Part shown: positions 1-12,089 of the stretch, one piece after another
Numbering within the stretch: the stretch's first letter is position 1
Layout of the letters: every line of letters starts with the position of its first letter
Assembly: GCA_964234715.1 (NCBI GenBank)
Contig: OZ174278.1
Reading direction: 5' to 3' (one strand)
From: Podarcis melisellensis
Lineage: Eukaryota
Length of the DNA: 64,000 nucleotides
Position numbers and translations under genes: made by a program
The notes under the pieces: generated by a model
Seen by the model: only the letters and a program-made list of their open reading frames with translations
What the model was told of the DNA's origin: nothing
Databases searched by the model: none

Positions 1-94
1 ATCACAAATTTTGTGTGGACAAAGCACCACCCGTACCTCCCTTTCAAACTCACTTCAGCGGTAAGTATAAGTAGAACCTCTTTGTGTTTAATTA

Positions 95-445
95 CAGTGG
101 TGCCCCGCAAGACGAATGCCTCGCAAGACGAAAAACCCGCTAGACGAAAGGGTCTTCCGTTTTGGAGGCGCTTCGCAAAACGAATTCCCCTATGGGGTTG
201 CTTCGCAAGACGAAAAAAATCTTGCATCCCCCCGCGGGTTTTTTCCGCTTTTTTCGCCCTTAAGCCGCTAAGCCGCTTATCAGCTGTTCCGCTGATAAGC
301 CGCTTAACAGCTGATCGCTGGAAGCCGCTTGACAGCTGTAGCGCTAATCCGCTAAGCTGTCAATGGGCTTGCTTCGCAAGACGAAAAAACCACTATACGA
401 AGAGCCTCACGGAACGGATTAATTTCGTCTTGCGAGGCACCACTG
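95..445. mobile_element. Non-autonomous Tigger/pogo-like (Tc1/mariner) element, short member of the CAGTGGTGCC-CGCAAGACGA family
   Basis: TIR CAGTGGTGCCCCGCAAGACGAA / TTCGTCTTGCGAGGCACCACTG; TA on both sides; repeated subterminal CGCAAGACGA. Confidence 0.88.
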
Positions 446-519
446 TATTTTCTCCCATTTACCACATTGACAGCACAAATGAAAGCTTGAATGTGACTTG
501 GCAGAACATGTGGTTTGGC

Positions 520-630
520 AGAACACTGCTTCAACCTTGGAAAGCCACCGTCAGTCAGTGCAGGCAATATTGAACTAGTTGGATCAATTGTCTAACTTCG
601 CATGAGGCAGTCTCCTATGTTCCTATGTCA
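520..630 (+). mobile_element. 3' fragment of a squamate tRNA-derived SINE (Squam3-like); similar relic ~47005-47155
   Basis: ...ccttggaaagcc...cagtcagtg...gaggcagtctcctatgttcctatgt tail pattern; family name from memory. Confidence 0.45.
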
Positions 631-650
631 TTCTGCAGTGAAGAGTTTTA

Positions 651-876
651 CAGTTGTACCTTGGTTGGTGAATGGAATCCGTTCCGGAAGTCCGCCTTTG
701 ACTACCAAGGCGCGGCTTCCGATTGGCTGAAGGAGCTTCCTGCACTCAATTGGAAGCCGTGTCAGACATTCAGCTTCCCAAAAAGTTCACAAACCGGAAC
801 ACTCACTTCTGGGTTTGCAGCATTTGGGTGCCAAAATGGACGAGTGCCAAGGCGTTTGACAACCAAGGTGCGACTG
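651..876. mobile_element. 226-bp Tigger-like MITE
   Basis: TIR CAGTTGTACCTTGGTTG / CAACCAAGGTGCGACTG; TA flanks; same length and related internal sequence (reversed) at 23158-23383. Confidence 0.8.
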
Positions 877-1173
877 TAGTTTGATATGAGAGCATTTCTA
901 CATTTCCACATATCACAGAAATCTAGAAGACAACTAAATTAAGTAGCATTGTAGTCATCAAGGTTTGAAAACAATTTTTGTTTTTCAAAATGGTGTCTGT
1001 CCTAATTTCCCTGCCCTATGGAAAGCTTCTGTATATTTTAACAACATTTGTTGCAAGCCATACATTGTTTTCATGATAAATATTGTTCTAGCCAAAGCAC
1101 TTACAGCACATAAAGCCATTTAGCTAAGCTCCATATTGTATATTTCTCATTGACCTGGTTGTTTCCTTTGCAG

Positions 1174-1235
1174 TTATTTCCAAACCAAATGATTGCATTT
1201 TCCCATATGACTTCAAAGAAGTAGTTAAGAAGAAG
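1174..1235 (+). CDS. POLA1: POLA1 exon (~human exon 17): (V)ISKPNDCIFPYDFKEVVKKK
   Basis: tttgcag acceptor, gtaact donor; 62 nt; similar to human [21 protein letters not shown]. Confidence 0.93.
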
Positions 1236-2384
1236 GTAACTTTGTGTTTCTTGTACATTGGTTTGCATTCTGTAGTCTCCATCTTTGGAAAAGCTTTGAA
1301 CATGCACAAAGCTTTCATGCACTTTGGCCTGGTTTGGAAGTAATCTTATCTTGGCTAGCCAAGATATGTACGAGCTTTGTGCCTGATCTCCTTGACTTTG
1401 CACCATATTTTCCTCCCCCAGTATCTATGATTGAACATATCCTGGGTTAATCATAATCTTCGGTGACAACCCAAGTGGAAAAGTATGGCTACCAAGTTGG
1501 GAACAAACAGAATCTGTAGCCATGATTTGAAATTGCATTAAAATTCTAGGTTATTCCAAACTTGATAACTTTAGTTTCATACTAAAGTTTCATACAGATG
1601 TAACAAGAAATTTTGGTTAATTAACACAGAAATATTTAAATCATGGCTGACTGAGGAGAAATAAGTTATTATGAGGACAAAGCTTTCAGATACAAGCGTT
1701 GTGAATATTTCAGCTTAATTTTTTTTAAAAAATATATACTTAATTAATTAAAATTTTCCATACTTGGTACAGATACAACATCCAATATTGCAAACTCTCA
1801 CAACTGAGACACAATGCATAATGTAAAGTAAAATAAAGCAGGCATAGGCTATGTTATAATCAAACCAGTGATCAGAAATGCTTAGGAATTACATCTACAA
1901 GGGTCCTTGCAGAATTGGAGCATATTTCAGCTTAAACTGAGAGATGTTATGAATTGGGTCTTTATGAAATAATATTATTATTATTTATTTCATGTCTTAC
2001 TGACCGTTCACCGCAAGCTCCTAGGGTAGGTTAAAGCCATTTAAAAACACAATTTTAAGAACAATTTAAACAGTAAAAACAATTTGCCTCCAAATTGCAT
2101 CGTAATGGATTAAGGAAAATGTGTAGGAAAAAAAGGCTATCAACTTCTCACTAATTTAGCTGTCCTTTTCTATTGTAGTGGGCCGGGAAGGGTTTCTGTA
2201 TAATCTTTGTATAGTATATAAAGATTTCCAGTAAGTTTAAAGAATAATAACAATTCTAAAACTTTGTTATTTGTGCTTAAATGTTCTCGGTTTCATTTAA
2301 ACATGCATAATTAAGCATAGGATTGATGTGCAAAACTTTTAATTTTTTGAACATTTGGATTATTTAAATTTTGTGTTTATTTAG

Positions 2385-2474
2385 AATGCTAAAATAGAGA
2401 TTGCCACAACAGAGAGGACACTACTGGGATTTTTTCTGGCAAAGGTTCATAAAATTGATCCAGATGTTATTGTC
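2385..2474 (+). CDS. POLA1: POLA1 exon (~18): [30 protein letters not shown]
   Basis: ttag/gtaagt; 90 nt; in frame with neighbours. Confidence 0.96.
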
Positions 2475-2713
2475 GTAAGTGGCTTTTTATATCTGCTTCT
2501 GAGATCCTTTTACACATTATTTTTTGCTACGTTACTTTAAGGTGATGGAATGTTGATTAATATTTTACCATAATGTGTTACTAATGGAGACTTACAGCAA
2601 TGGAGGACTCCAGTGGAGTGGCTGGGAAAGATTTTTAGATGCGGTATTGGCAAACGGCACTGTTTTGACCAAATGAGAAGAGATTTTCAGAAATGAAAGG
2701 AAGACTAGGCAAC

Positions 2714-2757
<44 letters not shown>
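2714..2757. repeat. (GTTA)11 microsatellite
   Basis: Direct reading. Confidence 0.95.
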
Positions 2758-3141
2758 AGAGTTGTGGTCTCTTGAGGGTTATCTGCTGGGAGCTCTGTGT
2801 TGGTGGTGGATAGAGCCAGAGTAATCTGGAATATTGACTGTCTTGCTTCAGTTTCCCCCGTAGCTACCTCAGTTCCTAATCTGGTTCAGGGCTATTTAGA
2901 GGTAGAGCACAGTTTGGTTACTTTCAAATAAGTATATAGACCAATACAGCTACTAAATGTGGGAAGCAGTTGGAAGTAATTTCTTTCTAACTTTACTGTG
3001 TTTTCTCCCTCCCTCCCTTCCCCTTCCCCTATGGCAGCCTATTAATTTTATCTCAGATAATTGGGAGAAATTGTGCACTTTCAAGACGTGTCAGGGCACC
3101 GCATGTTGCTCACCTCTGAATGATAGAAAGTAAGAGGCAGA

Positions 3142-3142
<1 letters not shown>

Positions 3143-3178
<36 letters not shown>

Positions 3179-3600
3179 TTTTATTTATATCCCGCCCTCC
3201 CCAACCGAAGCTGGGCTCAGGGCGGCTAACAACAATAAAATAGCGCAACATTCTAAAAACATTTCATTATAAAAATTAATTAAAATCAAATTGATGGCAA
3301 CCATTAAGCTAAAGTTCTGTAAAGATTGCCAGAGGAGGGAGTCAGGCTGTGCCCTGACCAAAGGCCTGGTGGAACAGCTCTGTCTTGCAGGCCCTGCGGA
3401 AAGATGTCAAGTCCTGCAGGGCCCTAGTCTCTTGTGACAGAGCGTTCCACCAGATTGGAGCCGCAGCCGAAAAAGCCCTGGCTCTAGTTGAGGCCAGCCT
3501 AACCTCTCTGTGGACTGGGACCTTCAGGATGTTTTTATTTGAAGACCGCAAGTTCCTCTGTGGGACATACGAGGAGAGGCGGTCCCGTAGGTACGAGGGT
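3143..3600 (-). mobile_element. 5'-truncated L2-like LINE 3' end with (ATT)n tail
   Basis: Minus-strand ORF ends ...RPSYLRDRL...RLASTRARAFSAAAPIWWNALS...KTELF (L2 ORF2 C-terminus); (AAT)n tract 3143-3178 on + strand. Confidence 0.8.
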
Positions 3601-3902
3601 CTTAATGATGATGCTATGTCTGAAGGAAAAGGACAGAGTAGACAGGACCTGCGTAGCAGAAACCTAGGAATGATAGGTAGTGGAGTTGAGGACAGACCTA
3701 GTGAGAGTGGAGTTGGTGACATGTGTTTTGTGAATGTCTTTTGTGTTGCTTCATTCACATGAGCATTAATAATGTGATACATCAGAGGAAGGACTTCAAA
3801 TAGTATGGACCCTTGCCATCTCTGTTCTTTTAAGCTGAATACACAAGAGTAGGTATATACTGTATAACTGCTTGTTTTTGTTTCCTTTTCTTTCTTTTTA
3901 AG

Positions 3903-4019
3903 GGACACAATATTTATGGGTTTGATCTGGAACTTCTTCTCCAGAGAATTAACTTCTGCAAAGTTCCACATTGGTCTAAGATAGGTCGACTGAGGAGATC
4001 AAACATGCCAAAGCTTGGG
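3903..4019 (+). CDS. POLA1: POLA1 exon (~19): [39 protein letters not shown]
   Basis: Pyrimidine tract + aag acceptor, gtaaaa donor; 117 nt; exonuclease-like domain GHN motif. Confidence 0.96.
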
Positions 4020-4820
4020 GTAAAATGTTGCTTATGTTGCATTGCTGTATTGAATGTGATTAAAAATGAATTATTTTAGTTGCTGTACTTTGAATGTCTT
4101 GCTTGATTGTTTTGACTATAGTCACGTATCATGACAACATTCCAATTTAGATTTTTGTAATGTTGTTAAGAGTCGTATTTCAGCCATGAGACAAAGCTAA
4201 GCAAATTTAGTTTACTTGTCTCAACTAGATGGAGTTATTGACAGATTAATGACTAACAGAGGTGTTTTTGTGTATGGTAAATTGTGGGGAAAATGTATGT
4301 TGGCTTGACTGGCAAATCATTCCTTTGAGAATAGTTAAGGTTTTCTAGTTCTGCTGTATAAAGCTCTCTACATGTGGCATAGTTAATTGTTATCTACTCA
4401 GAAAGGATTTTACTCAGACTACCCCCCCCCCTTTCACATTGCTACAACATACTCTAGTACTGTGCTGGTAAAGAAACTAACCAGCTCGCTTTTTTCTATA
4501 GTTATTGTTTAGGAATTTTAATGCATCTGCATGATGATTGCACTATACCATTAATCTTGGCAAAACCAAATTCTTGTGGCATTGACACTGTTCAGTGGTA
4601 TATGTGCCAACAGTGTGTGCATATTCTTATACATGTATACATGCGCAGGTGTGCTGTCCCACACACATTATAAGGAATATATATCTCTATTTAACAAGTG
4701 TCATCTATTTCCCAATGTGTTTTGTTTTCACAATATGGAAAATGTTTTTGGACTTGTGGCACCCTATTGAATGAAAGCCTTCTGTTTTCCTTTATCCTGT
4801 TACTTTATGATTTTTGATTT

Positions 4821-4887
4821 ATGCCCTGATTTACGCCCTGGTCTTGATGATGCCCTGATTTATGCCCTGGTCTTGATGATGCCCTGG
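4821..4887. repeat. ~29-bp tandem repeat, ~2.3 copies
   Basis: atgccctgatttaYgccctggtcttgatg repeated. Confidence 0.75.
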
Positions 4888-5248
4888 CATTCTTGAACTT
4901 TTTTTTAAGAACAGAAAAAGTTCTCATTCAAAATAAGATAGGTAAAGAGCCAACACTGGTATGGCTTAGATAGGGGGAAAAAATATTCTCTTGTGTTAAT
5001 GAAGCAGAGACCTATAAAGTCAGAACTATGAATTTGTTAGTTGTAAGTCCCCTCATTGGATGAGCTTTACTCTCGTGTTTGCGACGATTAAAGTCCTTTG
5101 CAACCATTACAAGGTTGTTGAGGTGCATCTGCACACAAGAGAGAAGCAACTTCTGTGTGATGTAAAAACTGTGTTATAATTAGTCCACAACAGAAATATA
5201 GCAATGATACAGAATCTGAAGATGTATTTTTCTTTCATGGCAATTAAG

Positions 5249-5424
5249 GGTCGTAGTGGATTTGCTGAAAAGAATGCAACATGTGGCCGAATGATTTGTG
5301 ATGTAGAAATTTCAGCAAAGGAGCTGATTCGTTGCAAAAGTTACCATTTGTCAGAGCTTGTGGGTCAAATTTTGAAAATGGAAAGAGTGGCGATTCCATC
5401 TGAAGAGTTACGAAATATGTACAG
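5249..5424 (+). CDS. POLA1: POLA1 exon (~20): [38 protein letters not shown]...RNMY(S)
   Basis: aag/gtatgc; 176 nt; inside ORF 5204..5491. Confidence 0.96.
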
Positions 5425-5468
5425 GTATGCTGCTAAATACATTTCTTGTTATAGCAATCCCATTAGCA

Positions 5469-5735
5469 ATAAGAACATCAGAGCCTACTAGATCAGTTCA
5501 TCTTGTCCAGCATCCTTTTCTCACAGTGGCCATGCAGATTGCCTGTTGGAAACACATAAGTAGGATATAAGCCCAAGAGCACTCTCTCCTGTGGTTTCCA
5601 ACAACTGGTATTCAGGATAATTATTGCCTCCCAACTGTGGAGGCAGAGCATAGCTTTAATGGCTGGTGGTCATTGATAACCCTCTGCTCCATGTATTTTT
5701 CTAATCCTCTTTTAAAGCCATCTAGGTTGGTGGCC
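5469..5735 (-). mobile_element. CR1-like LINE 3' relic
   Basis: aagaacat...gtccagcatcc...ctcacagtggcc pattern typical of squamate CR1 3' ends; related text at ~19100-19230. Confidence 0.55.
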
Positions 5736-6194
5736 TAGCTGAAACAGTGGTGGAATTTATTCACTTATAGAATAGAGACAGAGAATTAAACACTGCCCTG
5801 GGAACTACAGATCATTTATTGGCTAGGAGTCCATCATCTATAACCCCACAGCAGTTTTCATACAACTATGAAACCAATATGAATAAAATGCTTGAGGTAA
5901 AACATCATCAATAAAATAAAAACAACAGTAGATACAATGATACAAGTATTGACTAGTGACTAACAGCAGTCCAGTTTTGGCTTCCAAAAGCACAAGAAAA
6001 CAGATAAATAAAGCCATATAGCAGAAGCCCATCTGTGTTGTGGTCATCCATGGGAGTTCCATAACTAGGGTGCCATTACAGAGAGGTCTCTGCTCTTAGT
6101 CCCCATCAGATAAGTTACATTTTTCAGCAGGACTGCAAGTAGGAACCTCCTCCACAACCTTAAGGCACAGAGTTGTGGGCATGGGAAGAGACAC

Positions 6195-6290
6195 TTGGTT
6201 TCTAGACCCTTTACCATCTTGGTTGCCCTCTGCACACATTCCAGCTTGTCAATATCCTTGTTAAAGTGTGGCTCCCAGAACTGTATTCCA
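6195..6290 (-). mobile_element. CR1 ORF2 fragment
   Basis: Translation QFWEPHFNKDIDKLECVQRATKMVKGLE resembles CR1 QFWSPHxKKDIxKLERVQRRATKM. Confidence 0.75.
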
Positions 6291-6658
6291 AGGCAGAATA
6301 GAGCGGGACGCATCCCTGGTGGTCTAAAGAGAAGGCCTTGTGACATCTCTTGCAACAAACAGAGCCTGGCTCTGTTTGAATCTAAGCCCTGATGGATACT
6401 TCTGTGCAGTCATGATATTACTACAGTTCTTGAAATCATGACTTACCGGAATATTGTACAGGTGCTGCTGCTACTCCTATTTTTTCTTTCATACTCTTTC
6501 CAGTTAAAATGGGAGTTCCATTTTGTTTTAAATTTGCACTGTAAGCTATCATTTGTGAGCTCTGGCTTTATGGGCATTGTGATAACGATTTGAATCTGCA
6601 TGCCTTTAGAACATGTGGCGGAATTTATTAAAATTTCCTCTTCCTCTTCTTCTTTTAG

Positions 6659-6788
6659 TGATTCCCGTCATTTACTTTACATGCTGGAGAACACCTGGAC
6701 TGATGCCAAGTACATTTTACAAATAATGTGTGAGCTCAATGTTCTTCCACTAGCCTTACAGATTACCAATATTGCTGGCAATGTTATG
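6659..6788 (+). CDS. POLA1: POLA1 exon (~21): [43 protein letters not shown]
   Basis: ttttag/gtaaat; 130 nt. Confidence 0.96.
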
Positions 6789-7113
6789 GTAAATTTCATT
6801 TCTTAGCAAATTTACATCTCCGTTATTATATCTGATTTGAATATACAATCTTATTCACAAAACTGGTTCCTTTACAAAAGGATATATATATATTAAGCCT
6901 CATGACGGGAGGTTCATAATAGAGATGTGTTGATCAAGTCAAAAGGAGCAGATTGATGTTACAGATTCCAAGCAGAGCAAAGACAAAACACCTTAAAGCC
7001 CAATAATACAATTTCTGAAAAATATTTAAAGCAAATGCTATTAATGCAATACCATTGTTGGCGTTTTGATTTCTGTTTCAACCTGTAACTAATTGGCTTT
7101 TATTTCCTTACAG

Positions 7114-7233
7114 TCGAGGACGCTGATGGGTGGGCGAGCAGAGCGTAATGAATACTTGCTCCTGCATGCATTCTATGAAAAAGATTATATTGTGCCAGAT
7201 AAGCAGCTCTTTAAAAAGTATCAGCAGAAGCAG
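7114..7233 (+). CDS. POLA1: POLA1 exon (~22): [40 protein letters not shown]
   Basis: tacag/gtgagt; 120 nt. Confidence 0.97.
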
Positions 7234-7858
7234 GTGAGTAATTTTTTCCAGCTCCTCTACATTTCTTACTTTTGGCTTATAGCAGGCACATTTACTGTTA
7301 TGTGCACAAGCTGTGATGATCAAACTCTTGTGACACCCCTCAACTCTTCTCATCTATGCCAGGGGGTGACAGTCGGAGTTGTCTAGTTTTAGACAGACCA
7401 GACTTTCCCAGTAAGCCTGAACTTTGTGAACTCTGGTTAGTTGAAAACCTTGGCTTGTTTGAACTAATCATAACTCTAAATGAGCCAGATAGCCAGAATT
7501 GTCCATGTTCAAACTCAACATGTTAATTTAAAACTGACAGTAGAAGTTTCTGACCTCCCTCTTCCCCTCATTTTAATGCACCAGAGAAGTAATTAAGCAC
7601 TAAGCTTGTCCCTCATGTTCATAATTCTAAGCTATTGTTCAGTATTAGGTCTGAACCAGAATACTGTTTTGTTCTTCCACAGCATCAGAAAGTTGGTATT
7701 CTGGAGAGGTGTTTGCTTTTGGGTTGTTGCTGCACATCTATATATGTGGTGCTGTACATAGAATGACAGACCCTGGGCCTGTCTAGCCTAGCATGGTCCA
7801 CACTAAGTCTCCATATAATTAGAACTTCAGTTTTGGCTTATTCTTATGTCTCCTACAG

Positions 7859-7958
7859 CTGGAAGATGATGAAGATATTGAAGGTGATCAGAACAAATCA
7901 AAGATAGGTCGGAAAAAAGCAGCATATTCTGGAGGTTTAGTTTTGGATCCCAAAGTGG
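7859..7958 (+). CDS. POLA1: POLA1 exon (~23): [33 protein letters not shown](G)
   Basis: tacag/gtaaga; 100 nt; YxGG motif. Confidence 0.96.
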
Positions 7959-9352
7959 GTAAGAACTGCAGCTTCACTACTTGAAATGGTAGATCAAATA
8001 AGAAAGGTGATGAAGATACACTAAACTACTTTTAAAATAAGTCATACAATCCTTTCTAAAGTCTTCCTATACTACTTGTTCCTTTTTTTCCCTAGCGAAG
8101 CACAAAAATGACGATAGTGCTGCACATTATGCTGCACATTGTGAAAATACCATAGCTGTTTCTATTTTGAGAATGCAGGAACAAACATTAGCTTTAATTT
8201 AGAGAATAGTATATCTCCTCTTGAATGTGAAGGAGGAAAATGTGTACTTTATGGCAGTTAGATCTAACTGAGATGTGTGGCAGTAGTTCCCCCCCCCGCT
8301 TATATTGGAGCATGTGGGAAGAGAACAATTGTGTTTGAATTTGTATTAAATATCAAATACGTAAAGTGTATATAATATGCAGAATGATGATGAATAATTG
8401 GGACTTTCAATTAAGGTATGTCTTTGATAAAGGACTGGATGGGGTGTAACATGCTGGTGCATAATCCAGACAAAATAGAATTCCTGTTTATATGGGGTTT
8501 GGGTTTACAACTTTTCTTGGATGAGGCTTCACCGCCCCAAAAAGATGAGTATCTTTCAGGTTTGTGTGTACGCCTTCAATTGGCACTCTTGTAGGATGTG
8601 AAAGTAGTGTTGGTGGCATAAAGTGCTTTTCTTTGAGCTTCAACTAGTTCACCAGCTATGACCCTTTGCCCTTATGGTGCATCTCCATCTGTAAGACATA
8701 TGTTTCTACTCATACCTGGACAACATCCTGGGCACCCAGGACCTATAAACCACCCTGATGTGTCTATAACATGCGTTCTTAATCAGCTGGCTCAAGAACC
8801 ACCTGCAGGCAACACATCAGGTGTCTTGGTCCAGATAGAGTCCAGAAGATTCAGTAGACGATCAGGCCCTTCCAACTGCTCAAAACAGTGAACCTGCTGC
8901 AACTTGTCCACGTCCTCAACATGATGTCCTGAACTTAGATCCTCCTACCTTGGGCCTAAATTTCCTCTCAAGCCTACTCCAATGGCTACTGTTGCTCTTC
9001 AAAGAGAAATTAGGCCACCATAAGATTGACCTTACGCTGGACATTTAGGAGGCTTTCTGCTGGTAGACAAACTCTCACAACCTCGAGTTCCTCTTGAAGT
9101 TTCCACATAGATAATTAAAATGATGGGCACTAGTCTCCATGGCTGGGGAAAATACTGCCTAGCACAGATGACCTGGGGAATGACAGAAATAGGCCACAGC
9201 GTAAATTGGCTGGCTTGCAACATTTAAAAACACCATTATAGAATACAGAGTAATAAAAATAATAACAATAATGAAAATACAGGACCGTCTCTCCTGGTAC
9301 GCCCTGCGGAAGACCTTACAGTCCACAAACAAGAATACAGTAGTACCTCTGA

Positions 9353-12032
9353 CCCTGGATGGAGAATTGGCTACCTATTCCTGTGTGCCTATTACAAATA
9401 ACCAGCTTCAGATGAGGCCCACTGCCTTAAAATGGACCGACAATTTGGCTCAACGGATAAATGAACTCCTTCGGTCTGACCAACTGCAAGAGACAAGGGA
9501 CTCCCTTGTCCAGGCAGTTGAGCCACTGCCAATGTATGACAAATTAGTAGATCTGCTAAAACCTTCGTTGACTAAGGCCTCGGTAATGAATAGTAACCAT
9601 TTCTCTCATAAAAAGTGGTTTGACGAGGAATGTAGACTCTTCAAGAACAACCTATATAATGAATTCTTGGCATATAGGGCATCAAATGACCCCGCACCTA
9701 GCAGTCACCTTATGAACCTCAAGAGAAGGTATAAAGCACTATTAAAGGAAAAGAAGCTTGCGGCAGAAAGAAATGATTGGAACAACCTTCTAAAAGCTGC
9801 AGAAAATAGAAATCCCTCCTCCTTTTGGCACCAAATTTCTCAATACCTGGGTAGACCGTGGTCAAGGATAGAACCCCAAATTTCAGCTGACACCTGGGAA
9901 AGCTTCTTCTCCGATTTATATGCAGCTCACGCTGCCAGTGGAGAAAGGATAGAATTGGCCCCCTTGCCTGAGTGGGATCCTGTTACCTGCTCTGAAGTGG
10001 AAACACTTATAGGCCAATTTGAGGCGGGCAAGGCACCCGGAGACGATCTTATCTCCATAGATGTTATTAAAGCCAATAAGGATTGGTGGTGTCCACCCTT
10101 AGCAGCTCTTTTTACTTATATAAACAAAACAGCACAATTTCCTCCAAGCTGGAACTCTGCACTGATTGTGTTAATCCACAAGAAAGGGCCACGCACAGAC
10201 CCGGCCAATTTTAGACCAATTAGCCTGCTAAATGTTATTGGGAAGATCTATTCAAGATTTTTACTTAACAAATTAACGACCTGGATGGAAAGCAACAACA
10301 TCATCGCAGAGGAACAGGCGGGTTTCCGCCCTGGAAGATCAACAACAGACCAAATCTTGATCCTAAATCACTTGGCCACCAAGTATGCTGACAATGGCCT
10401 AAAAGCCCTCCACGTCGCCTTTATAGACTTTAAGCAGGCCTTTGATCTAATTTCCAGGAACCAGCTATGGGCAAAATTGGCAGCGACATCTATCGACCGC
10501 CGCCTTCTCCTGCTGATTATTAATTTGCATACAAATACCTTCCTGAGGATTAGGCTAGATAGCAAGGGGCTAGTCTCCAATCCGGTTGCCACCACTAGGG
10601 GGGTAAGACAGGGCTGTTTGCTTGCCCCTGCCCTGTTTAATTTCTATATTAATTCGCTAGTGGTGCATATGGCAAATACTGATTTCCATCCACCAAAATT
10701 GGCAGGACGAGCCTTGAATGTCCTGCTGTATGCAGACGATGCCGCCCTATTAGCTACGTCCCCCATCGGATTAAGGAGGATGCTTCGAGCTCTTCATGAA
10801 TATGCTACCCAACATGAGCTCCAACTAAATTATGCCAAGACCAAAATAATGGTCTTTGCCGCTCGACCGAAACCTAATTTATGGTCAATTAATGGTATTC
10901 CTTTAGAGCAGGTCAGCTGCTTCAAATACCTGGGTCAGGTTGTTAGATCAAATAGGTCCTTCTTGGCGCACAGAGAATACATAGCCTCGAACGCATCGAA
11001 AGCAGCCTTGGTGATTAGAACCCTGTACTCTAAGAAACAGGCACAAACTGTCAAAGTTGCCCTGCGACTCTTTAAAATGAAAGTCCTCCCTCTTCTACTG
11101 GTGGGCATTGCCTTGGGCTCACGTAGGGACTTTGAAAAATTGGAATCTATCCAAACCCAATTCCTCAGGGCCATACTCAAGATCCCCCCCTCCGTGGCAG
11201 GTGCGATCATGAGACTGGAAACCGGTTGCCAAGCCTTTAGGTATGTGGCCCTGAAAGCGAAGTTATGGCTTTGGCTTAAGCTTTGCTTCAGACCGGTGGG
11301 TTTGGCCCCCTTGATTCTGAGGGATAACTTTAAATCTCCATGGGAAGGGGAGATAGTGGAGGAAGTGCAGAAGTGCGGGCTGTCCTCCCTTTATATAGAG
11401 TCCATGACGTATAGCCACGCAAAGGCGATGATTGCCCAAAGATTAAGGGATATTGCGAGACAGGAGGACATAGCCCGTGTAAAACCTGGGCTGTTTCTGG
11501 GGGAGCAGATGTACCGAGCTACTCCGGCTCGCTACCTGGCGGATATCCACTACGTGGAATACCGCAGACTATTTACCGCGGCAAGGCTGAATGTTCTCGA
11601 CTCGGCGGTTCTGAAGGGAAGATATGGAGGAGTCCCATATGACCAGAGGTTATGCCATTGTGTGTTGGGTGAGGTAGAATCCACAGAGCACATTTTAATG
11701 AGCTGTCCCTTCTACAATGATTTAAGACAGTATCTTATAACCCCATACTTACCCCAGCTTAGTCCCCAACAAAGAGGAAAGCAGATAGCATATCTGCTAA
11801 ATAAGCCTTCTAGGAAAACATCCTTGTCAGTGGCTAAATTCCTTTTCCTGGCACTCAAGCGTCGGAAACGTACAATTGAATGCCTTGATGTGGGTTATCT
11901 GTGAGAGGTTTAGTGCTGTGGCCCTACCTTATTCATGTACCCCTATGATGTTTTAGTTCATAATTCTGTATTGTGTTTTATTTCTGTGTTTTTATTTCTG
12001 ACTATCGGTCGAATAAAGAAATTGATTGATTG
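9353..12032 (+). mobile_element. 5'-truncated non-LTR retrotransposon (RTE-X-like; clade tentative) with uninterrupted RT ORF to stop at 11904
   Basis: RT motifs GKAPGDD, FRPISLL, QAGFR, FIDFKQAFD, GVRQG, LLYADD, KYLG; C-terminal CxC..EH...C knuckle; AATAAA 12012-17; (ATTG)n tail; TSD AGTAGTACCTCTGA at 9339-9352 and 12033-12046. Confidence 0.92.
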
Positions 12033-12089
12033 AGTAGTACCTCTGAATGCGAACGGGATCCATTCCCAGTGACTAGCATCATCTACACC

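Noticed and set aside
13-573. 186-aa ORF
   Set aside because: Runs through a MITE; no domain similarity recognised
3342-3971. 209-aa minus-strand ORF
   Set aside because: Only the last ~85 aa are L2 ORF2; the rest is antisense intron/exon read-through
9271-9352. ATG start of the 877-aa ORF as a genuine LINE start
   Set aside because: Lies upstream of the TSD; the element is 5'-truncated and lacks the endonuclease domain
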